64,000 nt of DNA from the NCBI RefSeq assembly GCF_044324785.1, contig NZ_CP172127.1; one strand, 5' to 3'. The notes beneath the pieces are model-generated. The model was not told the origin of the DNA and did no database searches. It saw nothing but the letters and a program-made list of their open reading frames with translations. This document shows, one piece after another, positions 44,554-55,525 of this stretch. Within the stretch, counting starts at the first letter, position 1; each line of letters starts with the position of its first letter. This DNA is from Escherichia coli (lineage in GTDB: Bacteria; Pseudomonadota; Gammaproteobacteria; Enterobacterales; Enterobacteriaceae). Both the position numbers and the translations under genes were made by a program.

Positions 44554-46092
44554 ATGAACGACATCTCTTCTGACGACATCTTCCTGCTGAAACAGCGCCT
44601 GGCCGAACAGGAAGCGCTGATCCACGCCCTGCAGGAAAAGCTGAGCAACCGGGAGCGCGAAATAGACCATCTGCAGGCGCAGCTGGATAAACTCCGCCGG
44701 ATGAACTTCGGCAGTCGTTCCGAAAAAGTCTCCCGCCGTATCGCACACATGGAAGCCGATCTGAACCGGCTTCAGAAAGAGAGCGATACGCTGACTGGTA
44801 GGGTGTATGACCCGGCAGTACAGCGTCCGTTGCGTCAGACCCGCATCCGTAAGCCGTTCCCTGAATCACTACCCCGTGACGAAAAGCGACTGTTGCCTGC
44901 GGCGCCGTGCTGCCCGAACTGCGGCGGTTCACTGAGCTATCTGGGTGAGGATACCGCCGAACAGCTGGAGTTGATGCGTAGCGCCTTCCGGGTTATCCGG
45001 ACGGTACGGGAAAAACATGCCTGTACTCAGTGCGATGCCATCGTGCAGGCACCTGCACCTTCGCGGCCCATCGAGCGGGGTATCGCCGGACCGGAGCTGC
45101 TGGCCCGCGTGCTGACCTCGAAGTATGCAGAGCACACCCCGCTGTATCGCCAGTCAGAAATATACGGCCGGCAAGGTGTGGAGCTGAGCCGTTCACTGCT
45201 GTCGGGCTGGGTGGATGCATGCTGCCGGCTGCTGTCTCCGCTGGAAGAGGCGCTTCATGGCTATGTCATGACTGACGGCAAACTCCATGCCGATGATACC
45301 CCGGTCCAGGTACTGCTGCCGGGTAATAAGAAGACGAAGACCGGGCGGTTGTGGGCGTATGTTCGTGATGACCGCAATGCCGGGTCAGCGTTGGCACCTG
45401 CAGTGTGGTTCGCTTACAGCCCGGACAGAAAAGGCATCCATCCGCAGACTCATCTTGCTTGCTTCAGCGGTGTGCTGCAAGCGGATGCGTACGCCGGGTT
45501 CAACGAGCTGTATCGCAATGGTGGGATAACGGAAGCTGCCTGCTGGGCTCATGCCCGCCGAAAGATCCACGATGTGCACGTCCGCATCCCGTCAGCACTG
45601 ACGGAAGAAGCCCTGGAGCAGATCGGTCAGTTGTACGCCATAGAGGCGGATATAAGGGGAATGCCGGCAGAGCAGCGGCTTGCTGAACGTCAGCGAAAAA
45701 CGAAACCGCTGTTGAAATCCCTGGAAAGCTGGTTGCGTGAAAAGATGAAGACCCTGTCGCGACACTCAGAGTTGGCGAAGGCGTTCGCGTACGCACTTAA
45801 CCAGTGGCCGGCACTGACGTACTATGCGAACGATGGCTGGGTGGAAATCGACAACAACATCGCTGAAAATGCCCTGCGGGCGGTAAGTCTGGGTCGTAAA
45901 AACTTCCTGTTCTTCGGCTCTGGCCATGGTGGTGAGCGGGGAGCGCTACTGTACAGCCTGATAGGGACGTGCAAACTGAATGACGTGGATCCAGAAAGCT
46001 ACCTTCGCCATGTGCTTGGCGTCATAGCAGACTGGCCGGTCAACCGGGTCAGCGAACTGCTTCCGTGGCGCATAGCACTGCCAGCTGAATAA
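44554..46092 (+). CDS. IS66-family transposase (orfC)
   Basis: 512 aa; N-terminal leucine-zipper-like region, CxxC…CxxC zinc motif (CPNCGG…CTQCD) and DDE core. Confidence 0.9.
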   Translation: MNDISSDDIFLLKQRLAEQEALIHALQEKLSNREREIDHLQAQLDKLRRMNFGSRSEKVSRRIAHMEADLNRLQKESDTLTGRVYDPAVQRPLRQTRIRKPFPESLPRDEKRLLPAAPCCPNCGGSLSYLGEDTAEQLELMRSAFRVIRTVREKHACTQCDAIVQAPAPSRPIERGIAGPELLARVLTSKYAEHTPLYRQSEIYGRQGVELSRSLLSGWVDACCRLLSPLEEALHGYVMTDGKLHADDTPVQVLLPGNKKTKTGRLWAYVRDDRNAGSALAPAVWFAYSPDRKGIHPQTHLACFSGVLQADAYAGFNELYRNGGITEAACWAHARRKIHDVHVRIPSALTEEALEQIGQLYAIEADIRGMPAEQRLAERQRKTKPLLKSLESWLREKMKTLSRHSELAKAFAYALNQWPALTYYANDGWVEIDNNIAENALRAVSLGRKNFLFFGSGHGGERGALLYSLIGTCKLNDVDPESYLRHVLGVIADWPVNRVSELLPWRIALPAE

Positions 46093-46129
46093 CACATCCC
46101 CGTCAATACGGCCCTCGCTGTACGCTTAC

Positions 46130-46892
46130 TAATCCGCCGTGAATATAAATCAACAACGAGTGCGAGATAACACCATTTGTCCTGCAGGCGAATAAAACTG
46201 ATGTTGCCGCACCAGACGCGGTTTGGTGCGGCGGGGTGAAATTGCCGGTTCAGTAAATTTGGCAATGGCGGACTTTTGTCTTCGTTTACCCGGTAGTGAT
46301 GTTTAACTGGCTGTCGACTTGTCAGCCCGCATTCCCGCATCAGTCGTCGTGCCAGCCACCGGCCTGCATCAACGCCACTATGGCGCAACATCTGACTGAT
46401 TGCCCGGCTACCGACTGCGCCACGACTGAGAGCATGGACAGCCCTCACCCGACTTCGTAATTCAATTCTTTGCACATTAACAGGACGCTTCACCTGCGCG
46501 TAATAAATGCTACGGTGAATACCGAATAAATGACAAAGAACCCGCACTGGCCACTTTGCTTTCAGCCGTGTGATTAGCGCGACAGTTTCCCCGGGGATTT
46601 CGCTCATCAGCACGGCAGCCTGCTTTAGTATTTCTTTTTCCATCTCAGGGCGCTTTATCTGCGCTTTAAGCTGCTTAATTTAGCGTTGTTCAGGAGTAAT
46701 AGCATTACCAGCGGGCTCAATACCCTGAAGTTCCTGCTTATACAACTGTATCCATTTACGCAAATGGTCAGGGTTGAGCTCGAGTGCCAGCGCGACTTCT
46801 CTGACATCACGCTGGTATTTAACCACCTGTTCGATAGCTTCAAGCTTGAACTCCGGGGAAAAGGTACGTTTAGTCCGACGAGTTTTGATCAT
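46130..46892 (-). pseudogene. IS3-family element remnant: orfA (46680..46892) plus 5' portion of orfB (46130..46643), truncated by the IS66-family insertion
   Basis: The orfB frame runs into the IS66 terminal repeat, where the track ORF 45999..46643 finds its stop. Confidence 0.7.
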
Positions 46893-47031
46893 GCATCACC
46901 TCATTTTCACTTTTTAACATTAACAGTGAAAATGAGGTGTCCTGAATTACCGATCCACTACACAGAGAGTGACCAAAGGATAACGTGTCCTGAGTTTCCC
47001 TATTATAGAGAACTGTTCAGGGAGTCTGACA

Positions 47032-47304
47032 TCAAGAGTGCAGTAGCCTTTTTAATATTTCATTCTCCATTTCAATGCGTTGTAGCTTTTTCCTCAGCTC
47101 ACGTATTTCGATTTGTTCTGGTGTCATCGGAGAGGCTTTTAGTGTTTTGCCCTGACGCTCATCACGCAGTTGTTTGACCCATCTTGTCATTGTGGAAAGG
47201 CCGATATCCATAGCTTTGGCGGCATCTGCCACCGTATAGTTCTGGTCAACAACCAGTTGGGCGGATTAGCGTTTAAACTCTGCGCTAAAATTTCTTTTTT
47301 TCAT
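47032..47304 (-). pseudogene. IS911 orfA remnant carrying a nonsense codon
   Basis: Minus strand reads [32 protein letters not shown]…; TAA replaces the expected GAA at codon 13; the run of A before G is one A shorter than the A6G frameshift motif; IS911-like terminus at about 47376. Confidence 0.7.
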
Positions 47305-47376
47305 TAGGGCACCAGTCTTGTTCTGAGGTGAGCATATCACCTCTGTTCAGGTGACCAAATTCAGTGTGCCATTTCA

Positions 47377-47560
47377 GTCTGTAATGCGCTGTGTGAAAAA
47401 GCTCACTGACAGTCTGAGTATTTGTCTGCAAAGGATGGAGGCCCGTCGAGGGTTCCTGAAAACCACTGGTGTGCTGGCGAATAAGCTGACAAGAATCATC
47501 TGGCGTGTTTTGAGCGATAGTATTGATTTTAATATGCAGAAGGCCGTTGTGATGAATTAA
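47377..47560 (+). pseudogene. Possible C-terminal fragment of an IS110-family transposase
   Basis: …TTGVLANKLTRIIWRVL… resembles IS110-family C-termini; only about 60 codons. Confidence 0.35.
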
Positions 47561-47982
47561 ATAAAAACAGTAAGTTATAGAAAATATTTTTAACTGAGTT
47601 TACATTCACTGATGAGATAACGGCTACCGCCCCTGTAACAGTCTGAAGTTGACCTGGGTAATCAAATACCGGTGTAGTGATTAGGAAACAGGGCCCGGAT
47701 AACATCATGGCGCAGGTCATTGAACCTACTAACGACGCCGGATATATGGTCGCAAACCGCATCGAACCAGTACTTGCCTCATCTGGGACGTCCATATATG
47801 CTCAACAAAAGAGAGCGTTCAGAATCCTAGCCTCACATCATACCTGAAACCGCGTCCCGACCATAGATGATTTTATCGCCGGTTTTTTATGACAATTGTT
47901 ATATTTCCGTAACAATCTTTCCGTAGACTCACGTGCATAAAAATGATTCCCCTTGAAATCGATTTTTTGAAAGGAAACCGCA

Positions 47983-49962
47983 ATGGGCAGACCGTTAAAA
48001 ACTTTATTCAAACGTGAGCATAGTGAAGAAATCAGTAACCCGAGCGATAACCGCGCGTTTTCGCAGGTGGCGGAAGTTTATTTGTCACGCCGCCGTCTGT
48101 TACAGGCCGGCACGGTCGCCGGTGCCGCGGCAGCGTTCCCATTTCTGCTGAAACAGGAAAACGCGCTGGCGAAAGTGGTCTCCAAAGCAAGCGGTAACCT
48201 CGGCAAAGCGACGACGCTCGGTTTCACCAGCCTGCCGGTTTCCACGGAAGATACCGTTATCGTGCCGGAAGGATACATCGCGAAGCCCTTCTACAAATGG
48301 GGCGACGCCACCGGGATTGCCGGAAATCTGCCGGTTTTTAAAACCGACGGTAGCAACACCACGGAAGAACAGGCGGCGCAGGCCGGGATGCACCACGACG
48401 GCATGGCGTGGTTTAGCCTGCCGCAGGGCGGGAACAGCTCCGATCACGGCCTGCTTGCCATAAACCATGAATACATCGATAACGGTCTACTGTTTAAAGA
48501 TGGCGATGCCAACTGGAGCGCCGATAAAGCTCTTAAAGGCCAGAACGCGATGGGCGTGTCGGTCATTGAAGTAAAAAAAGTGCCCCTGGGCTGGGAAGTG
48601 GTGCGCCCGTCATCGTTCGCACGCCGCATCACCGTTAACACGCCGATGAAAATCACCGGTCCGGCGCTGCATAACCCACTGATGCAAACAGTTGACGATC
48701 CGAAAGGCGAAATCATTCTCGGCACCATGCAGAACTGTGCCAACGGATTTACGCCGTGGGGCACCTATCTGACGTGTGAAGAGAACTGGTCCGATATTTT
48801 CGTAAAAAAAGCAGAGATGAACCCGCTGGAAAAACGTTACGGTATCAGCGGGAGCGACGACTCTTACCGCTGGAACGAAGTGGATAAAAGGTTCAGCGTC
48901 GACGCCACGCCGAACGAGCCGAACCGCTTCGGCTGGGTGGTGGAAATCGATCCATACGATCCGCATTCAGTGCCGCGCAAGCACACCGCGCTTGGTCGCA
49001 TCAAACACGAAGGCGCGGCGGTGACAATTGCCCCGGATAACCGCGTTGTGGTCTATATGGGCGATGACCAGAAATTCGAATACATATATAAATTTGTCTC
49101 GGAAGGAAAATTCAACCCGCAGGATCGCAAAGCCAACATGCACCTGCTGGAAAAAGGCACTCTGTACGTGGCGAAATTTAACGACGACGGCAAAGGCGAG
49201 TGGCTACCGCTGGTGTTCGGACAAAATGGGCTCGACGCCAGTAAAGGGTTTGAAAACCAGGGCGACCTGTTGATTAAAACCCGTCTGGCGGCAGACGCCG
49301 TGGGGGCCACTAAAATGGACCGCCCGGAGTGGATTGCGGTCGATCCATATCACGCCGGCAGCGTTTACTGCACGCTCACCAACAACAGCGATCGCGGTAC
49401 GGAAGGAAAAGCGCCAGTGGATGCGGCCAACCCGCGCGCCAAAAACGTTTACGGCCACATCATTCACTGGCTGGAGCATAACGGCGACCCGACCGCGCTG
49501 CAGTTTGCCTGGGATATTCTTGTGATGGGCGGTCGCACCGATACGGACAAACCGGAAACCAAAGGCAGCATGAAGGGTGCGGAATTCGGCAGCGCCGATG
49601 GCCTGAGCTTCGATCACCGCGGCGTGCTATGGATCCAGACCGACGTGTCGTCATCAACCATCAATAGTAAAGATTACAAAGGCATGGGCAACAACCAGAT
49701 GGTGGCGACGATCCCCGGTACCAATGAGTTCCGCCGCTTCCTGACCGGCCCGCGCGGCTGCGAAATCACCGGCATCGCGTTCACTCCGGATAATCGGACG
49801 CTGTTTATTAACATCCAGCACCCTGGCGAGCCAAGCGAAGGGCTTAGCGATCCGCAGCATCCGACGGCAGTATCAAGCTGGCCTGACGGCGATAAGGCTG
49901 GTCGTCCGCGCTCCTCAACTGTCGTTATCGTAAAAGCCGACGGCGGCATAATCGGCACCTGA
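47983..49962 (+). CDS. phoX: PhoX-family alkaline phosphatase (Tat-secreted)
   Basis: 659 aa; twin-arginine signal SRRRLLQAGTVAGAAAA; PhoX/DUF839 architecture. Confidence 0.8.
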   Translation: MGRPLKTLFKREHSEEISNPSDNRAFSQVAEVYLSRRRLLQAGTVAGAAAAFPFLLKQENALAKVVSKASGNLGKATTLGFTSLPVSTEDTVIVPEGYIAKPFYKWGDATGIAGNLPVFKTDGSNTTEEQAAQAGMHHDGMAWFSLPQGGNSSDHGLLAINHEYIDNGLLFKDGDANWSADKALKGQNAMGVSVIEVKKVPLGWEVVRPSSFARRITVNTPMKITGPALHNPLMQTVDDPKGEIILGTMQNCANGFTPWGTYLTCEENWSDIFVKKAEMNPLEKRYGISGSDDSYRWNEVDKRFSVDATPNEPNRFGWVVEIDPYDPHSVPRKHTALGRIKHEGAAVTIAPDNRVVVYMGDDQKFEYIYKFVSEGKFNPQDRKANMHLLEKGTLYVAKFNDDGKGEWLPLVFGQNGLDASKGFENQGDLLIKTRLAADAVGATKMDRPEWIAVDPYHAGSVYCTLTNNSDRGTEGKAPVDAANPRAKNVYGHIIHWLEHNGDPTALQFAWDILVMGGRTDTDKPETKGSMKGAEFGSADGLSFDHRGVLWIQTDVSSSTINSKDYKGMGNNQMVATIPGTNEFRRFLTGPRGCEITGIAFTPDNRTLFINIQHPGEPSEGLSDPQHPTAVSSWPDGDKAGRPRSSTVVIVKADGGIIGT

Positions 49963-49985
49963 TTCTGTTTATCCGTCATTAAAAA

Positions 49986-50011
49986 CGCAGGCGCGGTTAG
50001 CCTGTGTTTTT
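49986..50011 (+). terminator. Putative rho-independent terminator after phoX
   Basis: Short GC stem (cgcaggc…gcctgtg) followed by TTTTT. Confidence 0.35.
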
Positions 50012-50091
50012 ATGGTAAAGTCCTGTCAGTCCGCGCGCTGGCTTCCTTCAACGCTTTGTCGTAATTTTTGTCAGTCTGCTCGTAGTCTGGA

Positions 50092-50455
50092 ATGCCCGGA
50101 ATTCCTCAACGCTATGCCACTGTTCAGGCGCGGTGTGATGAGAGGGGCGTCGCTGGGTTATGCCTTTCCGGGCACGATTCTGGCGATTGGTTTTCTGACT
50201 CCCTAAATGACCGCTGGCTGTCGGAACTACTGGATTACAGGGGGTTACCTTTAATGTCTGTCGGTGTCCTGTTGGTGATTTGCTGTACGATGCGATTTCA
50301 GGCAATAGCCATCGGCGCACTTGATGTCCGGCTGGGACGTATACCAGAGTCACTGGAACAAGCCTCACGTCTGCTGGGAGAAAATGGTACAGGAACTTTT
50401 GTTCGGGTTCACTTTCCTGTGTTGCTCTGGTGAGCAGTGCCCTGCTGGTTTTCAC
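50092..50455 (+). pseudogene. Fragments of an ABC-transporter permease (EAA-loop region), frameshifted
   Basis: …RIPESLEQASRLLGENGTGTFVRVHFPVLL… and …GASLGYAFPGTILAIGF… in different frames without a credible start. Confidence 0.5.
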
Positions 50456-50801
50456 TGATGCGATGAAAGAACTGCCAGTAACACTTCTTTATTCCGAATC
50501 GCTCTTCCGGACGATTAAGTATTGTTCATGGTGGCCGGAGAATGGTTTTCGAACCATAGATGAAGCCAGAAGTTGGTTAAGCAAGTTCACGCAATGGTAC
50601 AACCTGGAACACAAGCACAGCGGTATTAAGTATGTTACTCCGGATGAACGCCATCGCGGAATTGATGCACAAATACTGGAAGCCAGAAAAAAAGTTTATC
50701 GCGAAGCTCGCAAGCGTCATCCTGAGCGCTGGAGCAAACAGTTGCGTGACTGGGAACTCATTCAGGCAGTTTATCTGAATCCAGAAAAAGAAGCGACATA
50801 A
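50430..50801 (+). pseudogene. C-terminal fragment of an integrase-core (rve-type) transposase
   Basis: …WYNLEHKHSGIKYVTPDERHRG… resembles transposase C-termini; the reading frame continues from the permease fragment with no start. Confidence 0.45.
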
Positions 50802-51311
50802 CGTAATTTTATTACATCAGGCGACAACTACCTTGAAAAACGCCGGAAATAACTGACTCTTTACCCGCTGCCATGCAGTGGGCTTTTTTATATCCCCCCT
50901 TCACAAACTCTGCTCACTGGTTATACCGGTTCACCTTTCCGGCTTGTAACCGCATGCACTCTGGACTGCCAGTCAGCTCATGTATGTCTCTTCCTTAATT
51001 GTGTTCATGAACAGGTGACACCTTATCTCCTGACAGAATAAACAAATTTTATTAATTCTGCTCTTCGCCAGCCCACTGCTACCATCTGTCGCGACGGGGC
51101 ATGGCTGCCTGCATGGCATGCATTTGTTGTGTCTGTGCTGACTGAACACGATAAAATTTTCCGGTTAATGAAGATCGATATCATCGATCGATTCGATCGA
51201 AATTATTCTATTGAGAATATCTGTTACCCGCTTTTAAAATATTCAAAGTACTATTTGCAGCAACGGAACAATAGCGGAGGTAATTGAAATAAAAAGATTT
51301 TTGCTGTTTCA

Positions 51312-52028
51312 GTGGTAGCCGCAGCCTGTGTATTTGCAGCAAATGCAGGTGCTGAGGAAGGTAAAAGCGGTTTTTATCTGACCGGTAAAGCCGGTGCCTC
51401 TGTGATGTCACTTTCAGACCAGCGTTTCCTGTCAGGAGATGAGGAAGAAACGTCAAAGTATAAAGGCGGCGATGACCATGATACGGTATTCAGTGGTGGT
51501 ATCGCGGCTGGTTATGATTTTTATCCGCAGTTCAGTATTCCGGTTCGTACAGAACTGGAGTTTTACGCTCGTGGAAAAGCTGATTCGAAGTATAACGTAG
51601 ATAAAGACAGTTGGTCAGGTGGTTACTGGCGTGATGACCTGAAGAATGAGGTGTCAGTCAACACACTAATGCTGAATGCGTACTATGACTTCCGGAATGA
51701 CAGCGCATTCACACCATGGATATCTGCAGGGATTGGCTACGCCAGAATTCACCAGAAAACAACTGGTATCAGTACCTGGGATTATGAGTACGGAAGCAGT
51801 GGTCGCGAATCGTTGTCACGTTCAGGCTCTGCTGACAACTTCGCATGGAGCCTTGGCGCGGGTGTCCGCTATGACGTAACCCCGGACATCGCTCTGGACC
51901 TCAGCTATCGCTATCTTGATGCAGGTGACAGCAGTGTGAGTTACAAGGACGAGTGGGGCGATAAATATAAGTCAGAAGTTGATGTTAAAAGTCATGACAT
52001 CATGCTTGGTATGACTTATAACTTCTGA
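51312..52028 (+). CDS. Outer-membrane beta-barrel protein (opacity/Ail/OmpX-like superfamily); start uncertain
   Basis: Alternating amphipathic strands and C-terminal …LGMTYNF; a better signal peptide (KKIFAVSVVAAACVFAANA) is encoded in frame upstream but lacks an ATG. Confidence 0.55.
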   Translation: MVAAACVFAANAGAEEGKSGFYLTGKAGASVMSLSDQRFLSGDEEETSKYKGGDDHDTVFSGGIAAGYDFYPQFSIPVRTELEFYARGKADSKYNVDKDSWSGGYWRDDLKNEVSVNTLMLNAYYDFRNDSAFTPWISAGIGYARIHQKTTGISTWDYEYGSSGRESLSRSGSADNFAWSLGAGVRYDVTPDIALDLSYRYLDAGDSSVSYKDEWGDKYKSEVDVKSHDIMLGMTYNF

Positions 52029-52208
52029 CGACACTGCTCCTGAACGATAATTGCGTATATTCTGTAATTAAGATAATTGCATATCTTCTGCAATTAAACA
52101 GAAATACCCTGCAGTCTATTACTGCAGGGTTGTCTGTTATCTGTTTTACAGATAATTCTGATTTTTATTATCTTGTTCTCTTCATAATAATGTTGTCGAT
52201 ATACTCCG

Positions 52209-53711
52209 ATGAATATCAGAAAACTGTTTTGTCCGGGAAACACCCCCCGGATTTTATTGTTTTTATTCTTTTTTGTTGTTTCTGTAATAACCACAATTGC
52301 ATGCGGATACACTGAGAAGAATGCCACCGGGAATGTGTTGCTGCTGTTCCTTCTTCTGCTCCTTGCACACAGAAATACCCTCACATCCATTACAGCGCTG
52401 TTATTTCTGTTCTGTTGTGCACTGTATGCGCCTGCCGGTATGACGTACGGTAAAATCAACAACAGTTTTATTGTCGCGTTGCTGCAGACCACAACTGATG
52501 AGGCAGCGGAGTTTACCGGGATGATTCCTGTTTATCATTTTCTGGTCAGTGCCGCGATTCAGGTATTCATGGTGATTTTCTGGCGAACACACCGCCGTGG
52601 TCACCGTAACTGGCTGGCACTGCTGCTGTTCGTATTATGCTCAGTAAACAGCTGGCCGTTGCGGATGGTTAAAGGAACTGTTGTGGGGACAACTGACACA
52701 TTGCGTGAAATGCAACATTATAAACAACTGAGTCAGCACGGGGCTGACAACTGGAAAATCCTGCCGGGAACACCGTTATATGACACAATTGTTATTGTCA
52801 CTGGTGAGAGTGTGCGCAGGGATTATATGTCGGTATATGGCTATCCCGTGCCAACCACGCCGTGGCTGAATACAGCTCCCGGTTTATTTATTGACGGCTA
52901 TACATCGGCAGCAGCCAGTACCGTACCTTCCCTGAGCCGGACACTGATTTATGACTATGAGCAGAACCCTGACTCCGGCAACAACGTGGTGGCGCTGGCA
53001 GCAAAAGCAGGATACAGCACATGGTGGATATCCAATCAGGGAAAGCTGGGGGAGCATGATACACGCATCTCTGTTATTGCTTCTGATGCGGAGCATACCG
53101 TTTTCCTCAAGAAAGGCAGCTTTGCTTCCCGTAAAACGGATGACATGTTGTTGTTACAGGAAACAGAACGTGCACTGGCGGATAAATCCTCTCCGAAGGT
53201 GATTTTTCTGCACATGATGGGGTCTCATCCGAACCCGTGTGACCGGCTTCACTCCTGGCCGAATCATTACCTGGAGCAGTATCCCCGAAAGGTTGCCTGT
53301 TACCTCGCCAGCATCAGTAAACTGGATAACTTTCTCTGTCAGCTTGATGGTATCCTTCGCCGGCATTCCCGTCATTTCGCCATGCTTTACTTTTCTGACC
53401 ATGGTCTGTCGGTCAGCGACAGTGCTAATCCTGTTCATCATGATGGCCATATACAAGGAGGCTACAGCGTTCCCCTGATTATTACCGCCAGTGACATCAC
53501 GTCTCATCAGTCCGTCAGCAGAAAAATCAGTGCCCGTCATTTCGCAGGTATTTTTCAGTGGCTGACCGGCATTCGTACTGAAAATATACCGCCATTCAAT
53601 CCGCTGACAGACGAAGATAATGAACCCATTATGGTTTTTAACGGAGACAAGAATGTACCGACAGACAGCCTTGAGTCACAGCCTCTGATTCTTCCGGGCA
53701 AGGGAAAATAA
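52209..53711 (+). CDS. Inner-membrane sulfatase-fold phosphoethanolamine-transferase-family protein (EptA/OpgE/YhbX superfamily)
   Basis: 500 aa; N-terminal TM helices, then …TIVIVTGESVRRDYMSVYGY… and …VIFLHMMGSHPNPCDRL… resembling the PEtN-transferase HxxGSH motif region. Confidence 0.6.
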   Translation: MNIRKLFCPGNTPRILLFLFFFVVSVITTIACGYTEKNATGNVLLLFLLLLLAHRNTLTSITALLFLFCCALYAPAGMTYGKINNSFIVALLQTTTDEAAEFTGMIPVYHFLVSAAIQVFMVIFWRTHRRGHRNWLALLLFVLCSVNSWPLRMVKGTVVGTTDTLREMQHYKQLSQHGADNWKILPGTPLYDTIVIVTGESVRRDYMSVYGYPVPTTPWLNTAPGLFIDGYTSAAASTVPSLSRTLIYDYEQNPDSGNNVVALAAKAGYSTWWISNQGKLGEHDTRISVIASDAEHTVFLKKGSFASRKTDDMLLLQETERALADKSSPKVIFLHMMGSHPNPCDRLHSWPNHYLEQYPRKVACYLASISKLDNFLCQLDGILRRHSRHFAMLYFSDHGLSVSDSANPVHHDGHIQGGYSVPLIITASDITSHQSVSRKISARHFAGIFQWLTGIRTENIPPFNPLTDEDNEPIMVFNGDKNVPTDSLESQPLILPGKGK

Positions 53712-54070
53712 GCGTAATGTTCATCACCAGGTTATGTACGATGAGTTTTCCACTGTTTATAGCAATTATCTTGCTAATAACCAGACAGGAGTAACCAGAC
53801 CAACCGAAAACACCGGGGAGGTGATTACCCGCTGGCAGAGGAAATCCGGTTTTTTTTGATGTCAGCCATAACGTGTTTGACAATAAAGCATTATGAAAGG
53901 GTGTTAATGAGTCCATGGGATAATTCATAAAAATAATTTACTGTGTTGTCCTTTTCAAAAGAAATATTCAGAAGATAACCCCTGGCTGACAACCAGGGAA
54001 AGGGGACATTAACAGTATTATTATTGGTGGATAAATTATTACTTGTGTGCAGGATACACTAATGCAATAT

Positions 54071-55114
54071 CTACTGATACTGTATGCCAGAATGTTTCCT
54101 GCCTGCTGCTGAAAACGGCAATATCCAGGGCCAGACATATTCACCATTCATATTTCTGCATTTCTGTACAATTTTCTCAGAAAGCGTCTCATCAATTCTT
54201 TCACGCAACTTCTCCTGCTGTCTTAAAATACTTTCGTATATTTCGAAATCATCTTCCTGCATCAGCATTTCGGCGCATTTAATGATTTCTGCCCGTTCAT
54301 GCAGCACAGAGGAATGGTTATAGAGCCAGTTTACAAACAGCAATGCTTCCGGATATTGTCCCCATAATGGTGAGTATGTTGTATAATAATCTTCGGCAGT
54401 ATCCGGCCCTGCAGAATAGTTATGCCATACAGCAAGAGGAAATGGATGCAGATTTCCGCACAGCATTTCCGCGATGTAAGTATTTGCCGCAAATCCGCGA
54501 CGAAATGCAGTTGCAGCTTTTACCAGTTCCCCATTAAGAAAATGCAGAAGACCAAGTTCATACCAGTAAGGTGAAAATTCATCAGCATGTTTTTTCAGTA
54601 CACTGAAGGCTCGCTCATGATCACCTGTTCGTAACAGTTCTGAACCCAACAACCAGCGGGCACCCTGATTATCTTCAGGATTGTATGCCAGTATTTTATC
54701 AGTAAGCATAACCGCATCCTGATGACGCTGTAAGTGCACATTTGCGAGAATTGCTGCATAAAGCGCGCGCAGATAAGGCCGGTTTTCGGGATGCATCCAG
54801 ATGATTTCACCACTGAAACTTTCCGGGATGAGACGATTACCGGCCGCCAGTCCTTTAAGCGCGGCGTTCAGAGCCTTACGCGGGGCATTCTGCTCCAGAA
54901 ATGCATATGCCAGATGAGCGTGTATATCAATAAAGTCAGGCTCCCGTTGAGCAAGATGCCTGAGTTTGTTGATGTAACTCGTCTCGCTGATTTCATCAGT
55001 GTCGTATGCATCAAGCACTTCTTCAAACTCCCCCAGTAATGGGCCAAACCAGGTATCCGGAAATACGAAATAACCCTTGTTATCGTGCACTTCAAAGCAT
55101 AATCTATCGTTCAT
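54071..55114 (-). CDS. Hypothetical alpha-helical (possibly TPR-like) protein adjacent to the integrase
   Basis: 347 aa; no recognisable catalytic motif. Confidence 0.5.
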   Translation of the reverse strand: MNDRLCFEVHDNKGYFVFPDTWFGPLLGEFEEVLDAYDTDEISETSYINKLRHLAQREPDFIDIHAHLAYAFLEQNAPRKALNAALKGLAAGNRLIPESFSGEIIWMHPENRPYLRALYAAILANVHLQRHQDAVMLTDKILAYNPEDNQGARWLLGSELLRTGDHERAFSVLKKHADEFSPYWYELGLLHFLNGELVKAATAFRRGFAANTYIAEMLCGNLHPFPLAVWHNYSAGPDTAEDYYTTYSPLWGQYPEALLFVNWLYNHSSVLHERAEIIKCAEMLMQEDDFEIYESILRQQEKLRERIDETLSEKIVQKCRNMNGEYVWPWILPFSAAGRKHSGIQYQ

Positions 55115-55525
55115 TTTCTGAGCCTGTAAAACATGTGGTGATATAGTCTGAGAGCATAAAAGTTGAGATTCTGTGTATCAAGTCCTGTCTTGGCACCGAA
55201 TGAATATTGCTTACGAAGCCCCTTCATGCTTTCCTTGAGAACAATAATTTTATCTTTATGTGAATCTCATTTTTTATAATGATGTCAGATGATTGAAATG
55301 CTAAATTATATCTGAATCAACTTTTCCTTTGCTAAAGGTATCGAAATAACTGCAAGATTGTATTTTGTAATTGCCAATTTAAAAATGTCAATTTGTTTTT
55401 AATTATGTTTTTGTAATAAGTTTGAAGACACAAAAAAATAATATAATAACAAAAATCCTCCAGCCTTGTAGGCCAGAGGATAAAATACTTAATTGAGGAA
55501 AACATCAGGGAAAAGTATTTCTGAC

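Larger units (their letters stand above)
43688..46129 (+). mobile_element. IS66-family insertion sequence (about 2.4 kb) with three ORFs
   Basis: Ends GTAAGCGTACAGCCTG… (43688) and …CGCTGTACGCTTAC (46129); no matching 8-bp flanking duplication seen. Confidence 0.8.

Noticed and set aside
52209-53711. Calling the PEtN-transferase-family gene an mcr-type colistin-resistance gene
   Set aside because: The N-terminal membrane domain and overall length do not resemble MCR-1 as I recall it; family membership alone does not imply resistance.
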